Source of the DNA: Candidatus Latescibacterota bacterium
Lineage (GTDB): Bacteria > Latescibacterota > UBA2968 > GCA-2709665
Direction: 5' to 3'
NCBI GenBank assembly: GCA_965226795.1
Contig: CBDDDZ010000003.1
Span: 96,001 to 160,000 of the forward strand
DNA: 64,000 bases
The translations under genes and the position numbers were made by a program. How positions within the stretch are numbered: the first letter of the stretch is position 1; every line of letters begins with the position of its first letter. The notes under the pieces were generated by a model. That model searched no databases. It was not told the DNA's origin and saw only the letters and a list, made by a program, of their open reading frames with translations. Positions 28,965-39,375 of the stretch are shown one piece after another.

Positions 28965-30995
28965 TCAAACCGCTTCCGTTACCGCCCCGCGCATCTTCAG
29001 GATATACTTCGCCCGATCCAGCGGCGATATCCCTTTGTAGGGCCGCACGACTCCCTCGCCCGGCGGGCAGGGCTCATATCCGCCGTACTTGAAGGAGAAC
29101 TTCGCCGTTCCGCCTGTCAACGAGTTCAGCCGGATCGGATAGTCCATCGAAGTCGCCAGGGGTAATCGTCCGGTAACCGATAACGCACCTCCGTCAGCCT
29201 CCACCGGATCGAAGGTACCGCGCGCATTTATGATATCCGACGTGATCTTTCCAATGCAGGTCTCGGGTACCGAGATTTTAAACGCCAGAATCGGTTCGAG
29301 CAGAATCGACCCGGTCTCGGTCAGCCCTTTCAACACGGCGATATTCGTTGCCAGTCTGAAATTGCCCGCTCGGCTGTGCAACACGTGATCGCTGCCCTCC
29401 ACCAGGGTGATCTTCAGATCCGTGACTTCCCATCCCTTGATTCCCTGCTTGAGCGCGTCCTCGATCGATCTTTCGATCTCCTTCTGATATCGCGCCTTGA
29501 TGTCGTTGACGCCGACCTGTGACGAATAAACAACACCGCTTCCCGGCTCACCCGGTTCCATCCGATACTTCACGATGGCCCAACACGGCTTCGGCATCGT
29601 GTAGCGCTCAATGCCGTGTCCGACCGAAGCAGGTGTTTCCTTGTAAATGACCAACGGGTCATTGAACCGCGCTTTGATGCCAAAGCGCGCATCGAGCATC
29701 TCCTTCAGAATCTCCGCCTGAATTGCGCCCATGATCTTCACATGCAGTTCGCGTTCATCCTCGAACCACGTGAAGTTGAGGTGTGGGTCTTCGCTCGACA
29801 ACTGCTGCAGCGCCACGGCCAGTCGAGAGCGATCCGCCTCGTCTTCCGGGACAGCCTGTACCGACAACAGGGGCTCTCCGAGCTCGTAGGACCCGGGGAT
29901 GGGGCCCGGGTCGCCCAGGATGTCGCCGATCTTCGCCTCCGGCATCCCGCAGAAGAAACCGATGTCGCCGGCGGAGAGGACGCCTGTGTCCTCATATCGA
30001 TTGAGAAAGGATTTCTTGATCTGCGTAATCTTCTCGTCGCGATCAGCCGTGACATTCCGGATGATATCTCTGTTCCGGAGCCGTCCCGCATAGAGACGAA
30101 CGCCGGCGATCCGCCCAAGTTTCGGATCGTGGTCGAGCTTGAAAACCACACCGGAGGCCGGACGTGAGTCGTCGGCATTCGCATCGGGGAAATAGGCCAC
30201 GATCTTCCCCAGCAGTTCCTCCGTTCCGATCATGTTCTTCGCCACGCCACAGAGTATGGGAAACAGCTCTCTCTTTGCCGTACAAGCCGCGATCACCTTC
30301 TCGATCTCTGCTCGTGAAATCGGCTCCTCGTTCAGGAATCGCTCCAGGTGCACGTCGTCCTTCGCGGCTACGCTCTCTGTCAGGGAGGCCAGACCGTCCG
30401 GGTCAAGATCGACGATTCCCGCGTCCGATTCGCCTTCCCTCTCCGGCTGATTGACCGGAATCGCGTCGGGTGAAAATCGGCGCTTCAGATCATCGACGAC
30501 CCTGGCCGTATCCGCGCCCATCCGATCCAGCTTGTTCACGAACAGGATGACGGGTATGCTCAGCGCTTCCAGCGCGGCCCAGATCGATTCCGTCTGAGCC
30601 TGGATGCCTTCGACCGCGGAAAGAACGAGCACGGCGCAGTCGAGCACACGCAGAGATCGCTCGACCTCGGCGGAAAAATCGACGTGCCCCGGCGTGTCGA
30701 TCAGGTTGATCCTCACGCCCTCCCACTCGAATGACAGCGCCGATGCTCGAACCGAGATCCCTCGCCGCCTCTCCACATCGAGCGCATCGGAAAGGCTTGT
30801 CCCTTTGTCGACATTTCCAGGCGAGCGGATGGCACCGCTGAGGAACAGCATATTCTCAGTCACGGTCGTCTTGCCGGCATCGACGTGCGCGAGGATACCA
30901 AGATTGCGAATTCTTGAGGAATCTTCAGGAGGCACAGGATTGTCGTTCAATAGGTCGGTGGCGGAACGGCACACAGGCGACGTGCGCGGATACAC
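28965..30995 (-). CDS. TetM/TetO-like ribosomal protection family translational GTPase
   Basis: NLGILAHVDAGKTT, ERRRGISV, DTPGHVDF, NKLD and EF-G-like domains III-V; about 660 aa. Exact start uncertain. Confidence 0.88.
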   Translation of the reverse strand: MYPRTSPVCRSATDLLNDNPVPPEDSSRIRNLGILAHVDAGKTTVTENMLFLSGAIRSPGNVDKGTSLSDALDVERRRGISVRASALSFEWEGVRINLIDTPGHVDFSAEVERSLRVLDCAVLVLSAVEGIQAQTESIWAALEALSIPVILFVNKLDRMGADTARVVDDLKRRFSPDAIPVNQPEREGESDAGIVDLDPDGLASLTESVAAKDDVHLERFLNEEPISRAEIEKVIAACTAKRELFPILCGVAKNMIGTEELLGKIVAYFPDANADDSRPASGVVFKLDHDPKLGRIAGVRLYAGRLRNRDIIRNVTADRDEKITQIKKSFLNRYEDTGVLSAGDIGFFCGMPEAKIGDILGDPGPIPGSYELGEPLLSVQAVPEDEADRSRLAVALQQLSSEDPHLNFTWFEDERELHVKIMGAIQAEILKEMLDARFGIKARFNDPLVIYKETPASVGHGIERYTMPKPCWAIVKYRMEPGEPGSGVVYSSQVGVNDIKARYQKEIERSIEDALKQGIKGWEVTDLKITLVEGSDHVLHSRAGNFRLATNIAVLKGLTETGSILLEPILAFKISVPETCIGKITSDIINARGTFDPVEADGGALSVTGRLPLATSMDYPIRLNSLTGGTAKFSFKYGGYEPCPPGEGVVRPYKGISPLDRAKYILKMRGAVTEAV

Positions 30996-31039
30996 ACCTC
31001 ATGATAAAGAAAAGCCGTCACGCCGGCGAGGAGGAAATG

Positions 31040-31104
31040 GGACGAAGAAAGATCAAAATGTGAAGGGAGAGGTGCTGCCTGTGTCCGCCCGGAACGCAGT
31101 TCCA
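31040..31104 (-). repeat. Partial copy C of the structured repeat
   Basis: TGGAACTGCGTTCCGGGCGGACACAGGC...CTTCA...TTCTTCGTCC matches the 5' part of copies A and B. Confidence 0.7.
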
Positions 31105-31270
31105 TGCGGAAATTGTCCGCTGCCACTGCCCGTATCCGGCTTCTTCCCTGTAATCCTTGCCTCGATCCATGCATTTTCTTAAAATAACAACCCCGCGCGT
31201 TTCGAATAGGAAGGTTGAAGGCGCACTATTTCCGTTCGATCTATGCCTTTTCTGATGACAGGAGAATGCA

Positions 31271-32554
31271 ATGCAGACCGATTACGCGTTTGAGATGGGG
31301 ACTTCGAATTTGCGGTTCGGACCTGGAGCGACACGGGAAGTGGGAATGGATCTGTCCGAGTTGGGCGCGAGGCGTGTGATGCTGGTTACGGATCCCAATC
31401 TGGTGGACCTGCCCCCGGTGCGGACCGTGGTCGAGTCCCTCGCAAGCGAGCGGGTCGAATACGCGCTTTTCGACCGGGTCAGGGTAGAGCCGACAGACGT
31501 GTCTTTCCAGGAAGCGATTGATTTTGCTTTGGTTGGAAATTTCGATGCGTTTGTCGCGGTGGGCGGGGGTTCCTCAATCGATACGGCAAAAGCCGCGAAT
31601 CTCTATTCTACCTATCCCGATGATTTCTACGCGTACGTGAACGCGCCGATCGGGAGCGGAAAGCCGGTGCCCGGGACGCTCAAGCCGCTGATCGCGATTC
31701 CGACGACCGCGGGAACGGGCAGCGAGACCACGGGAGTCACGATATTCGATATCTCCGAAAAACACGTGAAAACCGGCATTGCGCACCGTCGCCTGAAACC
31801 GGCGCTGGGCATCGTGGATCCGGAAAATACGCGAACGATGCCGCCGGTTGTGGCCGCGTCTTCCGGCCTGGATGTGCTCTGCCACGCCCTGGAGTCCTAT
31901 ACGGCGATTCCGTACGACCAGCGGCCCTTGCCCGAACGGCCGATCCTGCGGCCGGCCTACCAGGGCACCAATCCGATCAGCGATATGTGGGCGGTCAGAG
32001 CCATCGAACTGGTCGCGGAAAACATCGTCCGCGCGGTTGCGGACCCGGAAGATGACGAGGCGCGGTCGAATATGATCCTGGCGTCGAGTATGGCCGGTAT
32101 GGGATTCGGCAACGCGGGCGTTCATCTGCCTCACGGGATGTCCTATCCCGTGTCGGGTATGGTTCGTAACTACAAGCCGGATGGGTTGGTGAGCGACCAT
32201 CCCATTGTACCTCACGGGATGTCGGTCTTCCTGAACGCGCCGGCGGCCTTCCGATTTACGGGGCCGGCCTGCCCGGACCGACATCTCAAGGCCGCGACGT
32301 TGCTGGGCGCGGATATTGGCGGAGTGAAAGACCCCGAGGCGGAGGCAGGCGAGGTACTCGCGGATCGCATTGTAGCGCTCATGAAGCGTCTTGAAATGCC
32401 GAACGGACTTTCGGCGATCGGTTTTACGGAAGCGGATGTGCCGGCGCTGGTGGAGGGCACGCTGCCGCAGCATCGCGTGACCAAGCTGTCGCCGAAGCCC
32501 GCCAGCGAAGCAGACCTGGCAGCGCTATTCACGGAATCGCTGACAGCGTGGTAG
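31271..32554 (+). CDS. Hydroxyacid-oxoacid transhydrogenase (iron-containing ADH family)
   Basis: GGGSSIDTAK, PTTAGTGSETT, RPAYQG, GNAGVHLPHGMSYP, VPHG. Confidence 0.92.
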   Translation: MQTDYAFEMGTSNLRFGPGATREVGMDLSELGARRVMLVTDPNLVDLPPVRTVVESLASERVEYALFDRVRVEPTDVSFQEAIDFALVGNFDAFVAVGGGSSIDTAKAANLYSTYPDDFYAYVNAPIGSGKPVPGTLKPLIAIPTTAGTGSETTGVTIFDISEKHVKTGIAHRRLKPALGIVDPENTRTMPPVVAASSGLDVLCHALESYTAIPYDQRPLPERPILRPAYQGTNPISDMWAVRAIELVAENIVRAVADPEDDEARSNMILASSMAGMGFGNAGVHLPHGMSYPVSGMVRNYKPDGLVSDHPIVPHGMSVFLNAPAAFRFTGPACPDRHLKAATLLGADIGGVKDPEAEAGEVLADRIVALMKRLEMPNGLSAIGFTEADVPALVEGTLPQHRVTKLSPKPASEADLAALFTESLTAW

Positions 32555-32706
32555 CTGTAAAGCGGCGGACACAACGGCTGCTCGCTTGCGACAGTCACGG
32601 TCGGCTGCATTCGGTCACTTAGTCGTTGCGTAGCAGTGCCTTTATTCATACCATTGCCGGGCCTGTTCTTCGCTATTTCTACATTTCCACCGGAGGGACG
32701 GACGTT

Positions 32707-34668
32707 GTGGAAGCCAAACTGATCTGGTTGTTTATCTTTGTGGGTATATACTGGGCCTATTGTCTTTTCTGGGGGTTCCGGGGGGCGCTGCAATCGCGCA
32801 CCTCCGAGGACTATTTCGTGGCCGGTCGCAGTATCGGGGTCTGGGTTTTTGTACTCGCCGCCACGGCCACCAGTTTTTCGGGTTGGACCTTTGTGGGTCA
32901 TCCGGGCCTGATTCTGGAGGCGGGCCTGCCCTATGCGTTTGCTTCCTTTTATGCGTTGACGATCCCGCTTACGGGCGTGCTTTTTTTGAGGCGGCAATGG
33001 CTGATCGGCAGGGCGTTTCAGCATATCACGCCCGGCGAGATGTATTCTCACTATTACGGGGGCGATACGATCCGTTTGCTGACCGTACTCGTGGCGTTTC
33101 TTTTCAGCGTGCCTTATCTGGGGGTGCAACTTCGGGCCTCGGGGGTGTTGTTCAACGTCCTTTCCGATGATCTGATAAGCGTCGAAGTGGGGATGTTCGC
33201 CCTGTCCGCCATTGTGATGATCTATGTGGCTGCCGGCGGGCTGCGTTCCGTGGCTTACGTGGATTGCGCGCAGTGCATTCTTCTGGCGTTCGGGATTGTG
33301 GCACTGGGGTTTGTTGCGGTTCATTTTGCAGGCGGATGGTCCTCATTCACCGAGGGCGTCGGAAATCTGGTTCGGCAGGACCTGGCATCGGGAAAGGGAC
33401 TGACGGCCGCGGGGCATTCACATTACGTGGCGCTTCCCGGCTCAATTCAAATTGTCTCCGCGGGGTCGAAAGCGGTCGGCGGCGTCTGGACAGGTATGAT
33501 GTGCATGACTTATATGTTCGCACTGATGGGCATCCAGTCTTCGCCCGCGTTTTCGATGTGGGCTTTTTCCAACCGTAGCAGTAAACCGTTCCGTTGGCAA
33601 CAGGTGGTGGCTTCTTCGCTAATCATCGGGATCATCCTTTTTACCTTTACCATTTTTCAGGGGCTGGGCGGCAATGTGCTGCTGGCCAACGGGGTGTTCG
33701 ACGAGGTGAGCCGGCCTGAACTGGTGCCCCGGCTGATTGACCTGCTTGCGGACAACTATCCGTGGCTGGTGGGATTGCTGGCTGTGTGTGCGCTGGGGGC
33801 CATGCAGAGTACCGGGGCGGCTTATATGTCGACGTTCAGCGGGATGGTAACCCGGGATCTTTATCGACGCTATATTTCGCCAGACGCGTCGGACAGTATA
33901 CAGAAACTCTACGGCCGCATTTTCGTGATTATCGTAACGCTCGCGGCGCTTTTTGTCGCGGCCAAGTCGACACAGGCCATCGTGATGCTGGGTGGTCTGG
34001 CCGTGGCGTACGGGTTTCAGATGTATCCGGCCCTGATGGGGCTATGTTACTTCCGCTTTTTCACGCGGCGGGGTGTGGTGTTGGGGCTGGTGGCGGGACT
34101 CGTGGCTGTCACACTCACGGACCGCACGGTTGCGGAGATCCTGCCTGCGATTATGGGATTTATAGAGCTGTTCCTTCCGGAGCGCATAGCATCGTCGGTC
34201 GGAGACGCGCCCTGGGGAGCGTACCCGTTGACGATTCACAGTGCCGGCTGGGGAATTTTCTTCAATCTTCTGGTCGCCGTGCTGGTTTCCTACCTGTGGC
34301 CGGAGACCGGCGCGGACCGGGAGAAAAAAGCAAAACACCACCGCTTCGTTCAGGCGGTTTCGGGTATTTCCGAAGATCGGCGCAGACATGTACCCCTGGC
34401 ATGGCTGCTGACCGCGGTCTGGTTTCTCGTGGGTTTCGGACCCTTTGCCGTGGTGGGAAATTCGCTGTTCGGCGATCCCAACCGGCCCGCGACGTGGGGC
34501 CCGTTCGGCCTGCCTTCGCTGTGGGTATGGCAGTTGTTGATGCTTGTTTTCGGAATTTTCGTCATGTGGTACCTGGCATTTTATGTGGGGCTCTCCAGGC
34601 CGATTCCACCCGAGAAGGTCGAGGAGGCGCGGAAGGCACATCTGACGGAGACGGATGACGCGACCTGA
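32707..34668 (+). CDS. Sodium:solute symporter family protein
   Basis: DYFVAGR, ATSFSGWTFVG and GGLRSVAYVD motifs with many transmembrane helices. GTG start after GGAGGG. Confidence 0.92.
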   Translation: MEAKLIWLFIFVGIYWAYCLFWGFRGALQSRTSEDYFVAGRSIGVWVFVLAATATSFSGWTFVGHPGLILEAGLPYAFASFYALTIPLTGVLFLRRQWLIGRAFQHITPGEMYSHYYGGDTIRLLTVLVAFLFSVPYLGVQLRASGVLFNVLSDDLISVEVGMFALSAIVMIYVAAGGLRSVAYVDCAQCILLAFGIVALGFVAVHFAGGWSSFTEGVGNLVRQDLASGKGLTAAGHSHYVALPGSIQIVSAGSKAVGGVWTGMMCMTYMFALMGIQSSPAFSMWAFSNRSSKPFRWQQVVASSLIIGIILFTFTIFQGLGGNVLLANGVFDEVSRPELVPRLIDLLADNYPWLVGLLAVCALGAMQSTGAAYMSTFSGMVTRDLYRRYISPDASDSIQKLYGRIFVIIVTLAALFVAAKSTQAIVMLGGLAVAYGFQMYPALMGLCYFRFFTRRGVVLGLVAGLVAVTLTDRTVAEILPAIMGFIELFLPERIASSVGDAPWGAYPLTIHSAGWGIFFNLLVAVLVSYLWPETGADREKKAKHHRFVQAVSGISEDRRRHVPLAWLLTAVWFLVGFGPFAVVGNSLFGDPNRPATWGPFGLPSLWVWQLLMLVFGIFVMWYLAFYVGLSRPIPPEKVEEARKAHLTETDDAT

Positions 34669-34752
34669 TCCAAGCGACAGTCAATAACAAATGAGGGGCC
34701 TTCACAGACGGGCCCGCATCCACACATGAGAGTGTGGTTCAAGATCGAAAAG

Positions 34753-34796
34753 GAAAAGGACGGATTCCGTTAACGGGCCGTCCTTTTCGGTTTTTT
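34753..34796. terminator. Probable bidirectional terminator between convergent genes
   Basis: GAAAAGGACGG...CCGTCCTTTTC stem followed by GGTTTTTT. Confidence 0.65.
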
Positions 34797-34817
34797 GAAG
34801 ACCTTCAGGTGACCATG

Positions 34818-37147
34818 TCACCGCAGCAATACCGGTCCCCGCTCGTCCTCCCAGTCCATACGCACGCGGTCCCGTCCACCGCCGGCATGTGCGATGCTAA
34901 CGGTCCACACGTTCGCGCGTCGGATGGTTTTTGTCGTGATTCCGGCGGTGACGCGGTCTGCGCCAAACGGGTATATCACGTATCCTGTTCGGAACGGGAG
35001 CCGGGTCCGTCTTTTGTAGACGGCCACGGGCGCCGGCACGTCCTGCCCGCCGATGGCCAACCATCCCTGCACCGGTTCGTTCCGGCCGCAGATCAACCGG
35101 GGCGTCATCCTGACCAGGGGAAGGAGTTCCAGGTTGGGCGCGTTCATGCGCCCCGTGCGGACGGCTCCGGTATCGGGATCAACAAGAAGACGGAACGGCA
35201 TAAAGTGGAAAAACGCCTCGTACGTATGCCTGCCCTCGCCGGTCAGTTCATCGAAAATGACGAAATAGTCCGGTTTCACAAAAATCACGGCGCGGCGGTG
35301 CCGGACCGGCGTATCCAGGTCCGCGTAGGGTGCGTCATAGCTTGCCACGGCGACGTCGGAATGGTCATCCGAATGCCAGAACGTCGTATCGCGCGCGGAT
35401 TCGGTCCACTGTTCGATGGTTTGATTGCGGCCCCGCGCCTGTGGCCGACCGTCCACAAGGACGGTATTGTGCGCCTGCGTTGTGGTATAGAATCGGGTCC
35501 ACGGGTTCGTGTAATAAGACGTGATGCCGGGATCCACAATGTAGGGTGTGCCATGCGCATAGACTTCGAAGCTCAGTTTGTCTTCGTGCTGGTGCCAGCG
35601 TCCGTAGGGGCCGCCCTCGAAGAAGAGATATCGGGCGTTCCGATCCCAGCCGCTTCGCATAATGAAATAGCCCGAGTCCCGGAGGGCGATCGAACTGTAG
35701 GCGGGCGGGGCGCCCTCGCGGCCCTCGGCGCCCACCCATACCGCGGCCGGATTGTCGAAAATGCGGCCGGGGCGAGCGAGGGAGTCTGCATATTTCGAGT
35801 CCAGGCTTCCGGCGTCGGATACGGAGGGATGGGTGAAATCCGGTCGGGTGATGGCCACGCACCAGTCGAACATCGATCGAATGCCGGCCTCCAGTTCGGG
35901 GTCGAGCGGATGGTTGAACTTCCGCGCCACCTGCAACGACTCCAGGAACCAGGTTGCAATGCCCATCTGGTAACCCGGCGTGAGTTCGTACGATGCCCCG
36001 TCGGACATCACCTGTACGCGCATGTCGTCCAGCAGCCTGCGATATCCCTCTTCCCGCCAGGATGCGGCGTCCCTGAACTCGGGAAAAGCGCAGCCCAGCG
36101 CGCCAATTGTGCGGGCTTCCGCAATGGTCTTGTTGGAGGGCGGATAGGACTGGAACTTCAGCAGGTAGGCCTGGTGCTCGTAAATGGATTTCAGCATGTC
36201 AATTATCGTGACGTCGTCGGTTTCCGGACATGCGCACAGGACGCGGAAGACGTCCACGAGCGTGCTGAAGGGTCGTATGGCCACCACTAGCGAATGGCCC
36301 CAGGGGTATCCGCCGGCACGAACGCCGCAGGGTACCGGGCAGCGCCGCATCCAGTCCGCGATGTACGGTTCAATGCCCTTTGCGTATTTCGCCTGTCCGG
36401 TTTCCCAAAACGCGTCGATTGCTGGCCTGAGGAACAGGAGATAGTGGATGGCAAGGGTCCATTCGATATAGCCGGTGGGATTGGCTTCCCAGTCGATTTC
36501 CGCGGACCAGTCCTGGCCCAGGACCCGGCCTTCCAGGATTCGATCGGCCTGATCGAGATCGGCCGTCGGCGTCTGTTCACTCCGAATCAGTTCCCGGTCG
36601 AAGTCGCCGGATCGGAAATATGCCGCGACTTCAGGCAAAACAGATCCGGCGGATGCCCCTTTTGCCGCTTCCAGGCCAGGATGATCCAGGTTCAGCTCGG
36701 CAATGAGTTGCGTTTGTCCGTCAACCTCGGACCCGGTGTGACGTCGCGTTCCACCAGGCGAATGTTGCGAAACCGGCTGCCCTGGGGGCCATCGACCGTT
36801 GCCGATCTCGTTTCCTTCCATCCCGAAGGCATCCCCTGCGTATAGAAACACTCGGCGGGGAACCGGAATTCCCGCCAGCCCTCCCAGATGTTGCCGCCGC
36901 GCGGGGAGACGATGGCGTTGAACTGATAGCCGTCGTCCTCGCTCATGCCCTCCGTACGGTGGCCGGACGTCAACCGGCACCGGATCTGTCCGTCCGCGTT
37001 GGGCGGGAGAAGGACGTCGGCGCGAATTTCATTCACGCGGCGCCAGTCCCCCGCGTCCACGGGCAGGTCGACATTCTCTCCCTGCTCGGATTCGTCAAGA
37101 AGCTGTTCCGAGATTACCGTGTCGTCCTGGAATTTGGCGAGGTCCAT
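34818..37147 (-). pseudogene. Heparinase II/III-family polysaccharide lyase, frameshifted near 36715
   Basis: DGASYELTPGYQ, SGYFIMRSGW, HQHEDKLSF, DPG and AHNTVLVDG motifs. The N-terminal ORF (37147, RBS AAGGGAG) continues in another frame at PRLTD/QLIAELNLDHPGL. Confidence 0.8.
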
Positions 37148-37268
37148 GGATGGCTCCCTTTCGTGTGCGGGATCGTATCGCCCGCCCCGGCAATGGCTGA
37201 ATGAATAGAATCTGTCCGATTTGAGATGAGCGAAGGCATGTATAGCCTTTGCATTCCACTGTATTTAA

Positions 37269-37428
37269 CAGTCCGTTGATAAAGTCGCTCTGCAGGCGAG
37301 GCCGAGTCATTGTGGCCGAAGACAAGGCGCGCGACCGCGTCGAATCGGGGGATTCGGGGAGGGAGTGCAACGCAGTAATTCGGCCACAAGGGCCGGACGC
37401 AGCCCGGATGGACTTTTTCAACGGGCTG
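37269..37428. mobile_element. 160-bp MITE-like element
   Basis: 18-bp IRs CAGTCCGTTGATAAAGTC / GACTTTTTCAACGGGCTG (16/18 match), with TTAA on both sides. Confidence 0.75.
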
Positions 37429-37966
37429 TTAAGGGTCGATTGCGGGATTCCTCGGCCCTTTGCTTGCTCGAAGCCGGTGTTATCTGTGTCGGCTTGAGCG
37501 ACGATGTGAACCGTTCCATCGCCATCTCGTCCAATTTACGTGGAAACCCTTCGCGCGTGAAATGCAGTAGATAACAGACGACATGCTGTCAGGTATGTGT
37601 ATAGATTCGGAAAAAGTAGACAAAAATGTAAATATATTAATATTTGTATTAAGGAAAATTAATAGTTATATTTTCCGCGTTGTATTTCGCACCTCGCACG
37701 AACACGCATTGTAATTCGTCATTGAGGTACTATACCGCTACATAAAAAGACCGTCGGTTCCCTGACCGGCCAGAGTCGAAAACCGACGATCCTCCAGGAA
37801 GGCGCACACCCTATTTGTCCCCGGCGCTTTTGCGCTCTGAGGCAGGATGCGGCCCTCATTTTGAAATATAGAGGTCTCCCCCTGTAATGTCAATTGCATC
37901 GGTTCAGGATCCTGTCCGAAACGTCTCGAGACCCGAATTCGAGCATCGCAATGCTCATGGCGGAAA

Positions 37967-38089
37967 ACCACGTGGTCTCCGGATTGGACGGATATATCCG
38001 GCAGCGGCGCCAACACAACCGGCCACACAGTATCAAGCTTGGCCAACGGCACTACATACACCTTCCAGGTGCGCGCCGTCAACGCAGGC
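37967..38089 (+). pseudogene. Isolated fibronectin type III domain fragment
   Basis: Translates as TTWSPDWTDISGSGANTTGHTVSSLANGTTYTFQVRAVNAG, the FN3 C-terminal half, without the rest of a parent gene. Confidence 0.7.
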
Positions 38090-38248
38090 GTACTGTGGAG
38101 CAAAAATCGACTTTCCCCTTGCCGGGAAACATATAATTCAGTTTTTTTATTACGGCGGATGGTTGGGCGTAGCACCGCCGTTCAATCCACGAAGGACCCC
38201 GACCGACCGTACTTCGATGTAAGACTGTTAAAGACAGAAGCATCGGCC

Positions 38249-38722
38249 ATGGCAGGAAAGGTCGCGACTCTGGTCACGCTGACGATACTCGCGGGTCTGG
38301 CCGGCACGGGATGCGACTATCCTTCCGGGTCCGATCCTGTTTTTCGACCTTACCTCATCAAGGTAGACAGTCTGACGGTTACGGCGCGTTTTGGGGCGAA
38401 TGACACCAGGGCGCCTCTGGCGGTGAGTGACACCATGTGGGTTCACTTTTTTGGCAGCATAGGCCCCCAGGGGAACTACGAGTTTTCTCGTTGCCACGAA
38501 TTTTCTCATATTGACACGACCAGAATCGATCCGATCGGATACAGGGTGCGCGTATGGGGAAAGGAAGATATCCGTCCCAATAGAGGCTGTGCAGCCCCGG
38601 CCTTGAGGATGAGGGGAACCTTGTTCCTGGAATTTCTTCCGCCACTTAGGGTTGGCGCCTGGGTCTTCCTGGTGTCCCAGCCCAACGGTTCTGTGTTGAG
38701 AAAAGAGGCTGTGATCCGGTAA
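38249..38722 (+). CDS. Putative lipoprotein, paralog 1
   Basis: Hydrophobic leader ending GTGC; shares IKVDS, IGP.G, PPLR.G.W.FLVSQP.GSVLRKE with paralogs 2 and 3. Confidence 0.8.
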   Translation: MAGKVATLVTLTILAGLAGTGCDYPSGSDPVFRPYLIKVDSLTVTARFGANDTRAPLAVSDTMWVHFFGSIGPQGNYEFSRCHEFSHIDTTRIDPIGYRVRVWGKEDIRPNRGCAAPALRMRGTLFLEFLPPLRVGAWVFLVSQPNGSVLRKEAVIR

Positions 38723-38895
38723 TGGATACCCCGGACTCACCTGACACTTTGCCGCTTCAAACCTGCTTTACCTCGTTTTTTCTTTTCCGTTCGGTCGGGA
38801 GTCTCCATCGCCAGGTCGGAGAAAGTGGGCAAGTCCGACGCGGGGAATTTGCAGAAACTGAATCCTTACCGGTTCAGCCGAAAGGAAAGTCGGTC

Positions 38896-39375
38896 ATGAC
38901 AGGAAGGACCGCGGCTTCAGTCTCCTTAACAATCCTGGTGAATCTGACCTGCCTGGCGTGCGGCTACTACCCGCTGAAGTCGGATCGTGATCTTCGGTAC
39001 TTTCAGATAAAGGTCGACAGCGTTTCAGTTGTGTCTCCCTTGAGGGTCGTCAGACCAGGCTATGGTGAAGTTACCTGGTGGCTGCCCTCGAAGTCTCCAT
39101 TGACCGTCACAGATACCTTGGGAGTCCAGTTTCATGGTTGGATCGGTCCCGATGGATGTCACCAATTTTCCCATTTTGACGTAACGAAAATCGATATGGC
39201 CGGGTACAAAGTGAGCGTTTGGGGTAAGGAACAGTCGGGTGTTGTCTGTGTCGATATACTTATGGAATTACGTCACGTCTTGGAGATTTATCCGCCCTTG
39301 AGGAAGGGCACCTGGATCTTCCTGGTGTCCCAGCCCGATGGCTCTGTGTTGAGAAAGGAAGTTGTCGCGCGATGA
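38896..39375 (+). CDS. Putative lipoprotein, paralog 2
   Basis: Leader ending CLAC; same conserved blocks; overlaps the LRR gene start (ATGA). Confidence 0.82.
   Translation: MTGRTAASVSLTILVNLTCLACGYYPLKSDRDLRYFQIKVDSVSVVSPLRVVRPGYGEVTWWLPSKSPLTVTDTLGVQFHGWIGPDGCHQFSHFDVTKIDMAGYKVSVWGKEQSGVVCVDILMELRHVLEIYPPLRKGTWIFLVSQPDGSVLRKEVVAR

Noticed and set aside
34734..36290. 518-aa plus-strand ORF, and similar long antisense ORFs over purA, gltB, hemB and trpS
   Set aside because: Shadow ORFs typical of high-GC DNA, lying opposite well-supported genes.
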